NCBI GenBank assembly: GCA_963765205.1
Contig: CAVXVB010000009.1
Span: forward strand, 1,120,001-1,184,000
DNA length: 64,000 nucleotides
From: an uncultured Verrucomicrobiae bacterium
Lineage (GTDB): Bacteria > Verrucomicrobiota > Verrucomicrobiia > Opitutales > JABDGR01
Direction of reading: 5' to 3'
Under the pieces are notes generated by a model. It did not search any database and was not told where the DNA came from. It saw nothing but the letters and a program-made list of their open reading frames with translations. Shown one piece after another: positions 19,876 through 31,831 of this stretch. Made by a program: the position numbers and the translations under genes. The first letter of the stretch is position 1. Each line of letters begins with the position of its first letter.

Positions 19876-20378
19876 CACCGTTAAATCTAGATTATTTTTT
19901 GGCCCTCGAGCAAGATCTTGAACGATATTCAAGATACATCGAATTTCATGAGGACAATTTTAAGACCTATTCACTGGAGCTTGTCAGATTACTTTTGGCC
20001 GCAGGATCTGAAGTAGATGTCGCGCTAAAAGAATTATGCCATCGAATCGATCCAACCAAGCACCCAAGGAAAATTCCCGAGTATAGAACGATTGTTTCAA
20101 GCAAATTTCCATCCATAGAGAGAGAGTCAGTCCTCATAAACCGATACCATATAAAATTAGAACCTTGGTTGGGATGGTCAAAGTCAATTCCGACTTGGTG
20201 GGACTCATATAACAAAGTGAAACATAACCGATTAAAAAACTATCGAGAGGGTAATTTAGGTAATGTGCTTAACGCGGTTTCTGGTCTGGGCGTTATTATG
20301 CAGCACTTATCCGAGAATAAATTCGAAAACTTTAAAGGGGAGTTCTTCAGCGGTTTACATAAAAGACTCTATCCTTGA
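19872..20378 (+). CDS. Hypothetical AT-rich protein
   Basis: 168-aa ORF overlapping the upstream stop (ATGA); WWDSYNKVKH motif. Confidence 0.7.
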   Translation: MTPLNLDYFLALEQDLERYSRYIEFHEDNFKTYSLELVRLLLAAGSEVDVALKELCHRIDPTKHPRKIPEYRTIVSSKFPSIERESVLINRYHIKLEPWLGWSKSIPTWWDSYNKVKHNRLKNYREGNLGNVLNAVSGLGVIMQHLSENKFENFKGEFFSGLHKRLYP

Positions 20379-20397
20379 GAGAAGAAAGCAGCGTCTT

Positions 20398-20879
<482 letters not shown>

Positions 20880-20883
<4 letters not shown>

Positions 20884-21962
20884 TTGTTGCCTTTGATGAT
20901 GATCCATAAATCCACGGCGAAGAAGATGACGACGATGACTTCGAGCCACAACATGCGTTGCTCGTTGGTTTCGGCGTGGACGACGCTGTAGAGCCGGTCA
21001 ATCTGGGCCAGCCGCTGCTCGACGCTGGCGCGCCATTGATCGAGGTAGAAGCGCTCGCGCGCGCCGAGGTAAACGCGCGCCAGGTGCCAGTCGCCGAAGA
21101 ATTTCGTGATGTGCGTGATTTCGTCAGTGAGCTTGGTCACGTCCATGCGGAAGTGGCGCAGGTGGCGCAGCGAGATGGAGGGCGATCCGAAAAGCGGCAG
21201 GCGCGGGCGATCCAAATCATCGTAGGCGCGGTCGAGGTATTCGTCGAGGCGGCGGTCCATCACACGCAGTTCCTCGAGCTGGAGGTTGGCCAATTCGATG
21301 GCGTAGAGCACGTCGTCCAGGTAGCCTTCGAGGTCGGCGACGAGCGCGGCATCCCAATCCACCACGACCAGGTCGGTGTTTTCAAAGGAGCGCTGGATGC
21401 GGAGGACTTCGACAACCTGGGCCTCGCTGAGGCGCTCCGGCGCGGTTTCGCTGAGCAGGCCGGCGGCGGCGCGGCGGTTTTCATTGAGCCATTGGGTGGC
21501 GTCGCGCGGGCCGCCGAGGTCGGACAGGCAAAAGACGGTGTAGGCCTCGGGGATCATCTCGAAAGTCGAGCGGTTGGTCATATATTCCTCGAGGCTGGCA
21601 CAAACTTGGGCGCACAGGTCGCGGGCCACGGTATCGAGCGTGCGGCCATCGTCGAGGACGGGATGGTGGTAGGGCATCAGCTCGCCGAGGGTGGCGGCAG
21701 CGTGGGCGACGCGCATCATGACCGTGACGACGCCGACATCGTAAATGCGGACGAGCAGGCGCACCGGCTCGCAGCGCAGCGGGGACGACAGGGGCGCCGG
21801 GGCGATGGCCAGCGGCTTGTAGAGGGGCATGTCCTTGGGCAGCGTGTGGTCCATCCGGATTTCGAACGGGAAGGGCTTCTCGGACAGGACTTCGCGCACG
21901 CGCGCCGTGACGATCTCGTTCGCCACGTCAAAGGCATACAAGTAAACGACTTCGCCTTTCAT
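20880..21962 (-). CDS. Conserved hypothetical protein, RMD1/DUF155-like, with C-terminal TM
   Basis: 361-codon ORF with C-terminal LEVIVVIFF; the family call is tentative. Confidence 0.65.
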
Positions 21963-22050
21963 CGCCCCCCACTGTATCGAAGACCGCGGCGCTTGTCCAC
22001 CCCGGTGGGTTGACAGGGGCCGGGGAGGGCGGGTAATCTGGCCTCTGCCT

Positions 22051-23049
22051 ATGATCAAGCCCAAGTTCACGCTGGACTTCGAGAAGCCGCTGCATGAGCT
22101 GGAATTGCAGTTGCAGGACCTCCGCCGGCAGGCGGAAGAGGATCTGCTCGACCTGAGCGAGGAAATCCGCGCCGTCGAGGGGAAGCTGGAAGCCGCCAAG
22201 GCCAGAATCCATAAAAACCTGACTTCCTGGCAAAAGGTGCAGTTGGCGCGCCACCCGCAGCGGCCCTACGCGCTCGATTACATTAACCTGATTTTCGAGG
22301 GCTTTCAGGAATTGCACGGCGACCGGCTCTATCGCGATGACCAGGCGCTCATCGGCGGCCCGGCCTTCCTCGACGGCCAGCCCGTCATGCTGCTCGCCCA
22401 GCAAAAGGGCCGGAATACGAAGGAGAATCTGCGCCGCAATTTCGGCTGCCCCAATCCCGAAGGCTACCGCAAGGCCCTCCGCCTCATGCGCCTTGCCGAA
22501 AAATTCCATCTTCCCGTCATTTCGCTGGTGGACACGCCCGGCGCCTATCCCGGCATCGGCGCCGAGGAGCGCCACGTCGCCGAGGCGATTGCCGTCAATC
22601 TGCGCGAGATGAGCATCCTCGGCACGCCGATCATCGCGACCGTCATCGGCGAAGGCGGTTCCGGTGGCGCGCTCGGCATCGCCGTGGCCGATGTCGTCCT
22701 TATTCTGCAAAACGCCTACTACTCGGTGATCTCGCCCGAAGGTTGCGCAGCGATTTTGTGGAAGGATCGCGCCCACGCCCCGCGCGCGGCCGAGGCCCTG
22801 CAAATGACCGCCGACAAGCTCCTGAAAGCCGGCATCGTGGACGCCATCGTGCCCGAGCCCCTCGGCGGCGCGCACCTCGACCCCGCCGCCGCCGCGAAAA
22901 ATTTGAAAGCCGCGCTGCTGCAAAACCTCGCCCGCCTCACCGCCCTGCCGCCCCAGACCCTCCTCGACCAACGTTATCAAAAATACCGCAAACTCGGCGT
23001 CTTTCATGAAACCCACCCGGCGGCGGCGAAGATTGCGGTGGCGGGTTAG
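22051..23049 (+). CDS. accA: Acetyl-CoA carboxylase carboxyltransferase alpha subunit
   Basis: LARHPQRP, PEGYRKA, DTPGAYPG, GEGGSGGAL and ISPEGCA. Confidence 0.98.
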   Translation: MIKPKFTLDFEKPLHELELQLQDLRRQAEEDLLDLSEEIRAVEGKLEAAKARIHKNLTSWQKVQLARHPQRPYALDYINLIFEGFQELHGDRLYRDDQALIGGPAFLDGQPVMLLAQQKGRNTKENLRRNFGCPNPEGYRKALRLMRLAEKFHLPVISLVDTPGAYPGIGAEERHVAEAIAVNLREMSILGTPIIATVIGEGGSGGALGIAVADVVLILQNAYYSVISPEGCAAILWKDRAHAPRAAEALQMTADKLLKAGIVDAIVPEPLGGAHLDPAAAAKNLKAALLQNLARLTALPPQTLLDQRYQKYRKLGVFHETHPAAAKIAVAG

Positions 23050-23109
23050 CGAGAAGCATTACATCGGTTCGCCGCCAAGACGCCAAGGGCGCAAAGCAAA
23101 TTTTGTCCC

Positions 23110-23889
23110 TCACCACTGCAACCGCAACCCGTCATACGCGAGGCGGATGTTGGGCGGCAGGGTCGCCTCGGTGGCGTCGTGGTCCACTTGGAAGGTCATA
23201 TGCGTGAGGTAGGTTTGCGGCGCGCCGATGGCTTGCGCGACGGCGACGGCTTCGGCAATCGTCATGTGCGAGTGGTGCGCGTGCGGGCGCAGGCCGTCGA
23301 GCACCACCACGTCGGCCCCGCGCGCGAGCGCCCGCGCCGGTTCGCCGACTTCCTTGCAGTCGCAATAATAGACGAACTTACGCCCGGTGCCCGCTTCCTC
23401 GAAGACGAGGCCGAGCGTCTCCCAGTCAAAATGCGGCAGCAAAATCGAATGGATGACGCCGCCGGGGACTTCGAGGCGGCGGGGCATTTCGCGCGCGCCA
23501 AAACAGGGGTAGCCTTTCGAGGCCGGGCGCGCGCCCATCGCGTAGGGGTAGATTTGCCGCACGCGTTCGAGGCCCGCGGGGGTGCTGTAAACCGGCAGCA
23601 CATGGTCGGGCAACTGGTCGCAAAAGCGGCGCAGGTCGTCCATACCCAGGATGTGGTCGGCGTGGCCGTGGGTGAGGATGAAGAGGTCGAGCGCGCGGAT
23701 GTCCTCGCGGATGCACTGGAGGCGGAATTCCTGCGCGGCGTCCACCTGGATGCGCGTGCCGCCCAAGACGATGTGGATGCTGGAGCGGGTGCGCCAGTTG
23801 CGCGGGTTGGCCAGGTCGAGGGTGCCGGGCGGCTGCGCGATCATCGGCACGCCTTGCGAGGTGCCCGTGCCCAGAAAGATGACTTCCAT
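23110..23889 (-). CDS. MBL-fold metallo-hydrolase (PhnP-like)
   Basis: LGTGTSQGVP, THGHADH and HMT motifs. Confidence 0.9.
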   Translation of the reverse strand: MEVIFLGTGTSQGVPMIAQPPGTLDLANPRNWRTRSSIHIVLGGTRIQVDAAQEFRLQCIREDIRALDLFILTHGHADHILGMDDLRRFCDQLPDHVLPVYSTPAGLERVRQIYPYAMGARPASKGYPCFGAREMPRRLEVPGGVIHSILLPHFDWETLGLVFEEAGTGRKFVYYCDCKEVGEPARALARGADVVVLDGLRPHAHHSHMTIAEAVAVAQAIGAPQTYLTHMTFQVDHDATEATLPPNIRLAYDGLRLQW

Positions 23890-23970
23890 AAATGGGATCC
23901 TCGGTGGGCAGTGAGGAGGGCGGTGGCTCCAGGAGGCGGCCTGGATCGTGGCTTCGAACTGATGCAACTT

Positions 23971-24042
23971 GTAGCGCGGTGCTTTAGCCCGCGCTCTGCA
24001 GCACCCTTAAGAAAAGATGCGCGGGCTGAAGCACCGCGCTAC
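23971..24042. repeat. GTAG-type REP doublet (inverted pair)
   Basis: GTAGCGCGGTGCTTTAGCCCGCGC (23971-23994) and an inverted copy (24019-24042), 23/24 identical. Confidence 0.85.
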
Positions 24043-24085
24043 GAATGGGTGAACGGGCGTTTTCATGGCCGTTGGCAGACGCGCC

Positions 24086-24454
<369 letters not shown>

Positions 24455-24490
24455 TCACCCCACCCACTGCAAAGGAAAAAATTCAGGGGG

Positions 24491-25138
<648 letters not shown>

Positions 25139-25205
25139 CTACTGTACCTCGTTGTGAAGACAAGCCAAACCACGGATGGCAATGTATTGCAAAAACCCAA
25201 AGCCA

Positions 25206-25277
25206 TTCACCGCTAAGACGCCAAGGAAGTCATTTGTGTAAAAACATTCTTTGCGCCCTGCGCGCCTTCGCGGTGAA
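25206..25277. repeat. Imperfect palindrome of the CACCGC...AAGACGC family
   Basis: TTCACCGC...GCGGTGAA ends; related copies near 15271, 23072 and 36201-36295. Confidence 0.6.
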
Positions 25278-25304
25278 AAAACCAGCTTAAAAATGCCTGC
25301 CCGC

Positions 25305-25679
<375 letters not shown>

Positions 25680-25822
25680 TTAAAATGTCGTTGACGCGGG
25701 GGGTGGCCGGCCAACGACCGCCCGTTCACGCAGGCCGAGACCGGCGGCGGGCAACCAAGAACCAAGCAAGCCCCGTGCCAGTTAAGGCGTGGCCAATAGC
25801 AACATCAACCTCATGTCCATGG

Positions 25823-25847
25823 GTAGGGACGCCTTTCCAAGGCGTCC
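25823..25847 (+). repeat. GTAG-type REP-like hairpin
   Basis: GTAG-GGACGCCTT-TCC-AAGGCGTCC. Confidence 0.6.
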
Positions 25848-25852
25848 GCAAA

Positions 25853-26752
25853 CTACCAGAAGCCATCGCTCTGACCTGGTATAACCGTCTTGCCCACATT
25901 GAACTCCAAATTTCGAGAACCATTGGGATTGATAATGGATTCGATCTTCAAATCGAACGTGCCGTCTTTCTGAAGCGAGATTTCAATCAAAAAACGCCCA
26001 TAAACCTTACCGCCACGACTTTCGAGGTAAAAACCGCTCCACGCAGGTCTGGAACGCGACATAATCGGCCCCATCGTGTATTCAAGTTTTGCGTTATATC
26101 CGCTTTCTGGAGCTTCATAGTGAAAAGTGTCCGGTTGGCATTCTATAAAGCCTCCGTCAATCGCTTTCATCACAAACGCCCATTTGAAAGATCCATCCTG
26201 AAACATTTGCCCTGATTGTTTGATGTTGACCCGAAAATCACCGACTGGATTGCTCTCGCTTACATTGCCCTGGATAAGATCAATGGTGTAATCTTTTTCG
26301 TCTGGGCTTATGACATAGTGCTTCTCGGACACGATCCACGGCTCGACGCCACTCAATTTCCACATGGGAAAGATGAAGGGCTTTTCCGCAGAGTTCTCGC
26401 CAATAGGGACTACGGTGTTGCCGGGAAAATCCCTCACGTCTTTGTCAAATGCATAACCATCCTTGTGAAAATCATATCTTGGAGTGTACCCGTTTGCAAG
26501 GACACCGAATCCGCCTTGGTTGTCTGTGCTGGTCTTGTATTCATTGATGCCTTGCCCATAGCCTCTCAGATATGATGTCGTAACCGTTACATTAACGCCG
26601 GCAATAGGCGCTCCATTTTGATCAATAACCTTACCATATATGTGTGTCCACTGAAATGGTGAGACAGCCGTTCCAATTTCAATCATATCACAGCCCGTTT
26701 GCCCAAATAAGACAAAAAGTGTTGCGATTAAGAAGAGTAAACAATTTTTCAT
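25853..26752 (-). CDS. AT-rich putative lipoprotein with carboxypeptidase-regulatory-like beta domain
   Basis: Signal peptide with QTGC; IYGKVIDQNGAPIAGVNV...TDNQGGF. Confidence 0.7.
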   Translation of the reverse strand: MKNCLLFLIATLFVLFGQTGCDMIEIGTAVSPFQWTHIYGKVIDQNGAPIAGVNVTVTTSYLRGYGQGINEYKTSTDNQGGFGVLANGYTPRYDFHKDGYAFDKDVRDFPGNTVVPIGENSAEKPFIFPMWKLSGVEPWIVSEKHYVISPDEKDYTIDLIQGNVSESNPVGDFRVNIKQSGQMFQDGSFKWAFVMKAIDGGFIECQPDTFHYEAPESGYNAKLEYTMGPIMSRSRPAWSGFYLESRGGKVYGRFLIEISLQKDGTFDLKIESIINPNGSRNLEFNVGKTVIPGQSDGFW

Positions 26753-26757
26753 CGATT

Positions 26758-29118
26758 TCACTCCTTCGCCAATTCCTTCAATTTTTTCAAGTCCAGCTTG
26801 CCGGTGCCGAGGATGGGGATGGCGTCTACTTTTTTGATGATGCGGGGAATCCAGAGGTTCGCCAGGCCTTTCGCGGAAAGTTTGCCGCGCAGTTCGTCGC
26901 CCTTGATGTCCAATGTCGTAAGGAGCACCAGCGCCTCGCCTTTCGCCGCGTCGGGGCGGGCAGCGATGGCGACGTGGGAGGCCGCGTCGCCGGGCGCCAG
27001 CCCGAGGGCTTCTGCGACCGCGGCCTCGACCGTGCCGTGCGGGACCATTTCGCCGCCGATTTTCGAAAAGCGCGAGAGGCGGCCTTCGATATACAAAAAG
27101 CCGTCCTCGTCCAATTTTGCCAAATCGCCGGTGACAAACCAGCCGGTATTGAAGGCCGCGGTGGTCGCCTCCGGTTGTTCGAGGTAGCCGGGGAAAATAT
27201 TGACGCCTTTGAGCCAGAGGATGCCGACATCATTGAAACCCTTGTCCGCACCGGTGTCGGGATCCACGATGCGCGCGGCCGAGCCGGGAAAGAGCTTTCC
27301 GACCGAGCCGAGGCGTTTTTTCAGGCGCACAGACTCGGCGCTTTCGCCAGGCAGCGCGGGGAGGTTGACGGCCACAACCGGCGAAGTCTCCGTCAGCCCA
27401 TAGCCTTCGCAGTATTGGCTGCCGAAGTGTTTTTCCCATTCCTCGTGGAAACCGGCCGGCGTCTTCTCCGCGCCGGCGACGACGAACTTCACGGTGACGA
27501 ACTGGCGCGGCTCGGCCCGCTTGAGGTAGGCGCGGAAAAACGTCGGCGTGCCCAGCAGCACGGTGGCTTTTTCCCCCGCGATGGCGTCGAGGCATTTGTG
27601 CACATCGAGCGGCGAGGGCACGGTGACGACGCGCAGGCCGCGCTGGATGGCATACCACAAATTAATGGTGAATCCGAAGCTGTGAAAAATCGGCAGGTTG
27701 GCGAGCAGGATTTCATGCGCGGGCAGGATGCCGCTGGCGTCAATCTGCGCGCAATTGCCCAGGATGTTGCGGTGCGTGAGCACGACGCCCTTCGGCTCGC
27801 CGGAGCTGCCGCTGGTAAAGAGCAGGCCGGCTTCGCGGTCGCCGCCCTCGCGCGGGACGCGCCCGAGGCGCAGCAGAAAGCTGGCGGAGCAAAACTTCGC
27901 CGCCAGCACCCAGCCCAGCAGCTTGAGTTTGGAGAGCGCGGCGATTTCGTCCCGCAGATTGAGCACGCGCTCCGACCACGGCAGGTCGTGGATACGCGTG
28001 GTAATTTTCTCGCGGAAGGTTTTGTCGGTGATCGTGGTCTTGATGCCGGCCTTGTGCAGGGAATGTTCGAGCGCGCCCTTGCCGATGGTGAAATTCAAGT
28101 TGACCGGCGTCTTGCCCGCGAGCATGACCGCGTAGTTGGCGACCAGGCCGCCGAGGCTCGGCGGCAGGACGATGCCCACGCGCGGCTCCGGCACCTCGCG
28201 GCGCAGGCGTTGGGCGAGCGCGAGCGAGAGAGCGAGGAGCTTCACCGGGCCGATGCGTTGCGCGTGGTCGGTGGTGTAATCCACAATCGCGTCGCCCCCG
28301 GTGTAGCCTTTCAGCGCGCGCACCAGCGCCTCGCCCAGATGCCCGGCGAATTCCGGGCGCTCGATGAATTTCGCCTCATCGAGGTCCAGCAGCGGCGCGC
28401 CGGGCGGCTGGCGCGGCGGCGAAGGCGGTGCGACGGGCGCGGGTGCCGCCGGGGCGACCGCCGGGGGGGGCGGCGGAATGGCCAGGGGCGCGTTAACCGG
28501 GTCGCTGGGCTGGGCCAGCGCGACGAGGGCCTGGCGGAGGTTTTGCACCGTGGCGGCGTCCGCCGCAATCGGCGGGCCGAAGCGCAGCACGACGGGATAG
28601 GGCAGACGCAATGGCCATTTCCAAAAAAACTTCCCGCGCTCGAAGCTGAAAATCGAACCCCACACGCCCGCCAGATGCACCGGCACCACCGGCCGGCCCG
28701 AGTGCCGCGCGAGTAAATTGAAACCGCCCTCGATTTGCTGCAATTCGCCCGTGCGCGAAATCTGGCCCTCGGGAAAAATCAAAATCGCCGCGCCTTCCTC
28801 GAGCAGGCGCGCGGCTTCCTTGAGCGAGGCGCGCGCATTGTCCGGGCTGATCGGCAGCGTGCCGAAGACGCGGAAAATCGCGCGAAAAAACGCGTGGCGC
28901 ATGAACCCGCCCCACGCCAGCGTCCGCAGCGGCCGCGGGCTGGCGGCCACCAGCAGCACCACGTCCACATACGAAAAATGGTCGGACGCCACCAGCACGC
29001 CGCCTTCACGCGGCAGATTTTCCAGACCCTCGATCCGCACCTTGTAAAAGAGGCGCACGATTGGCCGCGCGCACGCGGTGAGGATTTTGGCAAGCCAGGT
29101 TTGGGAATCGGCGGGCAT
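26758..29118 (-). CDS. Aas-like acyltransferase (PlsC) / acyl-ACP synthetase fusion
   Basis: HFSYVD and FPEG acyltransferase motifs; LFTSGSSGEPKG, GYGLTE and TGD AMP-binding motifs. Confidence 0.9.
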   Translation of the reverse strand: MPADSQTWLAKILTACARPIVRLFYKVRIEGLENLPREGGVLVASDHFSYVDVVLLVAASPRPLRTLAWGGFMRHAFFRAIFRVFGTLPISPDNARASLKEAARLLEEGAAILIFPEGQISRTGELQQIEGGFNLLARHSGRPVVPVHLAGVWGSIFSFERGKFFWKWPLRLPYPVVLRFGPPIAADAATVQNLRQALVALAQPSDPVNAPLAIPPPPPAVAPAAPAPVAPPSPPRQPPGAPLLDLDEAKFIERPEFAGHLGEALVRALKGYTGGDAIVDYTTDHAQRIGPVKLLALSLALAQRLRREVPEPRVGIVLPPSLGGLVANYAVMLAGKTPVNLNFTIGKGALEHSLHKAGIKTTITDKTFREKITTRIHDLPWSERVLNLRDEIAALSKLKLLGWVLAAKFCSASFLLRLGRVPREGGDREAGLLFTSGSSGEPKGVVLTHRNILGNCAQIDASGILPAHEILLANLPIFHSFGFTINLWYAIQRGLRVVTVPSPLDVHKCLDAIAGEKATVLLGTPTFFRAYLKRAEPRQFVTVKFVVAGAEKTPAGFHEEWEKHFGSQYCEGYGLTETSPVVAVNLPALPGESAESVRLKKRLGSVGKLFPGSAARIVDPDTGADKGFNDVGILWLKGVNIFPGYLEQPEATTAAFNTGWFVTGDLAKLDEDGFLYIEGRLSRFSKIGGEMVPHGTVEAAVAEALGLAPGDAASHVAIAARPDAAKGEALVLLTTLDIKGDELRGKLSAKGLANLWIPRIIKKVDAIPILGTGKLDLKKLKELAKE

Positions 29119-29485
29119 GGAGGCGTGGGCAAAGAGAAGCGGAGCGCGGCGGCCGGGTTGGGTGCCGCGCGCGGACGAGCCGAACCTAACAAGTCCCGCG
29201 CCGCCACCCAAGCTGATAAGCCACACTAACGCAAATATGTCGAGTCCGGGAAAATGGTGCATGGGAGGAAATGGGTTGCCATTCCTCCGTTGCATACCGG
29301 ATGCCAGCACACCGAAATCTTTTGGGCCAAAACGACGCAGTTAGCTTTAACTTCATGCCGGGCAATGTGTTAAAGAGACAAACAACACTGCGCGCAAATT
29401 TAAGCGCGCGCGCGACACCGGCACAAAACGTCCGTTGACAACAGAAAACGCCTGCACGATCCAAGCTGACCGACCGCCCATCCAA

Positions 29486-29935
29486 CTACGGCTGGCCGCC
29501 GAAAGTTACATAGTCATCCACGTCAAGCAGGTCGAAAAACGTGACCAGATCGGCGCGTTTGGGGGCGAGTTTCGTTTGCGCTTCGTTGTAATAGGTGCGC
29601 ATCTCCACGTTGCTCGGGGCGCGCTGCTCCATCAACGATGACCACAAATGAATTTCGCCCGGGCAGCGGTGGTGCTTGGCGTGCTTTTCAATCCAAGCCA
29701 GAATTTCGCTGTCGCTCCTGCCCTTGGCGACTTCCTTTTGGAGTTTGGCGGCGTCAATGCCGACGAACTCGAGGAATCGCTGGTCGAGCGGGCAATTATA
29801 ATTGAACTCGCCATTGGTCTTGGCGATGGTGGCGCGGCATTTGTCCAGCACGCGGGGGAGGACGGCGAAGCCGCCGAGGCGCACGCGCGGGCTGCGCGGC
29901 GCGCGTTTGGTGAGGTCGGGTGCGAAGATAGCCAT
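29486..29935 (-). CDS. DUF5069-like protein
   Basis: PRSPRVRLGG..LPRVLDKCRA...CPLDQRFLEF. Confidence 0.75.
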   Translation of the reverse strand: MAIFAPDLTKRAPRSPRVRLGGFAVLPRVLDKCRATIAKTNGEFNYNCPLDQRFLEFVGIDAAKLQKEVAKGRSDSEILAWIEKHAKHHRCPGEIHLWSSLMEQRAPSNVEMRTYYNEAQTKLAPKRADLVTFFDLLDVDDYVTFGGQP

Positions 29936-30043
29936 GGGGGGAAGGTAGGTAAGAGTTAAGAAGGCAGAATTAAGAAATCAAAGCTAAACTTCAAGCGCGC
30001 AGCGGTCAAGCGATACTTTAAACGGGCGTTTGCAAAAATTGGG

Positions 30044-31816
30044 TCACATACGTTCCAGCGTTTCCAGCCCAAGCGTGCGCAGGCCGGTCTCCAGCACGCG
30101 GAGGGTGCGCGCGCAGAGCAGGAAGCGGCGTGCGCGCACGGGCGGTTCCTCGACCATCACGCGGTCGGCGCTGTAAAACGTGGAAAATTCGCCGGCGAGT
30201 TCATACAGATATGTGCAAAGAAAATGCGGACGCAAGTCGGCCAGCGTGGCTTCCAGCACCGATGGCAGCGCGGCGAGCTTGCGCGCGAGCGCGATTTCCG
30301 CGGGGGTTTGGAAAACATCAGCCACGGCTTCGTCCGTGGCATCGTCGGGCGAGCGGCCCGCCTTGCGGAAAATGCTGTGCAGCCGCGCGACGGCATAGAG
30401 CAGGTAGGGGGCCGTGTTGCCGTCGAGCGCCAGCAATTTGTCCCAAGCGAATTCGTAATCGGAAGTGCGGTCCTGGCGCAGGTCCGCGTATTTCACCGCT
30501 CCAAGGCCGACGACGCGCGCGATGTGGTCTTTCTCCGCGTCGGGCAGGTTGGGATTTTTTTCGGCGACGATGGCGCGGGCGCGCACCTGCGCCTCCGCCA
30601 GCACGTCGAGCAGCTTGAGCGTTTCGCCGCTCCTGGTTTTGATGGCGCGGCCGTCCTCGCCCAGAATCGTACCCCACCACACGTGGCGCAAGCGCGGCAC
30701 CGGCCGGCTCGCCGCATGGAACCATTTGTCCGCGGTTAAAAACAATTGCTCGAAATGGTCGCGCTGGCGGCCGTCGGTGAAGTAAATGATTTCGTCGGCG
30801 TGCCACCGCTCGACGCGGTAGAGCACCGTGGCCAGGTCGGTCGAGGCGTAGTTGCTCGCCCCGTCGCTTTTGCGAATGATGAACGGCTGCTCCTTAAAGC
30901 GTGGGTGCTCGGGATGGAAAACCACCAACGCGCCTTCGCTGGTTTCGGCGAGCTGATATTTCGTCAATTCATCGTAAATGTGTTCGACTTTATCCCGGTA
31001 AAAAGATTCGCCCAGCGTGTGCTCGATGGTGACGTCGAGCATTTGGTAAACGGCCTCGGCGGCACGGTTGCTGACGGCGACAATTTGCTCCCAGATGCGC
31101 GTGTTTTCGGGATCGCCGTTTTGGAGTTTCACCAATTCCGCGCGGGCGCGCTCGGCCCCCGCGCCGCCTTTGTCCTGCGCCTTGGCCGCGCCAATTTTGT
31201 AGAGTTGGTCGAGCAGCCCGACGGCCTCCTCCGGGTCGGCGGGGAGCTGGATTTGCGATTCTTTCAGTTCGAGAATCAGCACGCCGAAATTCGTGCCCCA
31301 ATCGCCCAGGTGGTTGTCGCGGATGACGCGCGCGCCGCAAAACGCCAGGAGGCGCGAAATCGCCTCGCCAATGACCATCGGGCGCAGGTGGCCGACGTGC
31401 ATTTGCTTGGCGACATTCGGTGAGGGGTAATCCGCCACGATCGTGTGCCCGTGATACAGCCCGCCCGCGCCTTCGCGAAACGCCGATTCGTTGCGGTAGC
31501 GCCGCAGCCACGCGAGCAGAAACGCCGGCGTGAGCTTAAAATTGATGAAGCCCGGGCCGGCGACTTCGATTTGCATAAGCGCGGGGTCGAGGGCCGGGTC
31601 CGCGCGCAGGGTTTCCGCGAGCGCCGTGCCGAGCGTGCGGGGATTTTGCTTCTGTGCCTTGGCGAAACCGAGGACGCCGTTGGCCTGGAAATCGGCATGG
31701 CGCGGGTCGGCCGGACGAATGTCGGGCGCGAAGCCGGCGGCAAAGCCGGGCGTGCGCGCGGCGGCGGCGCGGACGACGCCGTCCAGCTCGCGGGCGGGAT
31801 GAAACCAGATGTCCAT
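30044..31816 (-). CDS. argS: Arginine--tRNA ligase
   Basis: SPNVAKQMHVGHLR, NHLGDWG, KSDG, GNTAPYLLYA and terminal LERM. Confidence 0.98.
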   Translation of the reverse strand: MDIWFHPARELDGVVRAAAARTPGFAAGFAPDIRPADPRHADFQANGVLGFAKAQKQNPRTLGTALAETLRADPALDPALMQIEVAGPGFINFKLTPAFLLAWLRRYRNESAFREGAGGLYHGHTIVADYPSPNVAKQMHVGHLRPMVIGEAISRLLAFCGARVIRDNHLGDWGTNFGVLILELKESQIQLPADPEEAVGLLDQLYKIGAAKAQDKGGAGAERARAELVKLQNGDPENTRIWEQIVAVSNRAAEAVYQMLDVTIEHTLGESFYRDKVEHIYDELTKYQLAETSEGALVVFHPEHPRFKEQPFIIRKSDGASNYASTDLATVLYRVERWHADEIIYFTDGRQRDHFEQLFLTADKWFHAASRPVPRLRHVWWGTILGEDGRAIKTRSGETLKLLDVLAEAQVRARAIVAEKNPNLPDAEKDHIARVVGLGAVKYADLRQDRTSDYEFAWDKLLALDGNTAPYLLYAVARLHSIFRKAGRSPDDATDEAVADVFQTPAEIALARKLAALPSVLEATLADLRPHFLCTYLYELAGEFSTFYSADRVMVEEPPVRARRFLLCARTLRVLETGLRTLGLETLERM

Positions 31817-31831
31817 GATCGGAGAAGTGAT

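Noticed and set aside
26644..28716. Long antisense or alternate-frame ORFs (also 31445-33154, 34259-36118, 36303-37805, 8248-9636)
   Set aside because: Shadow ORFs opposite well-supported genes, as expected in high-GC DNA; no recognisable motifs.
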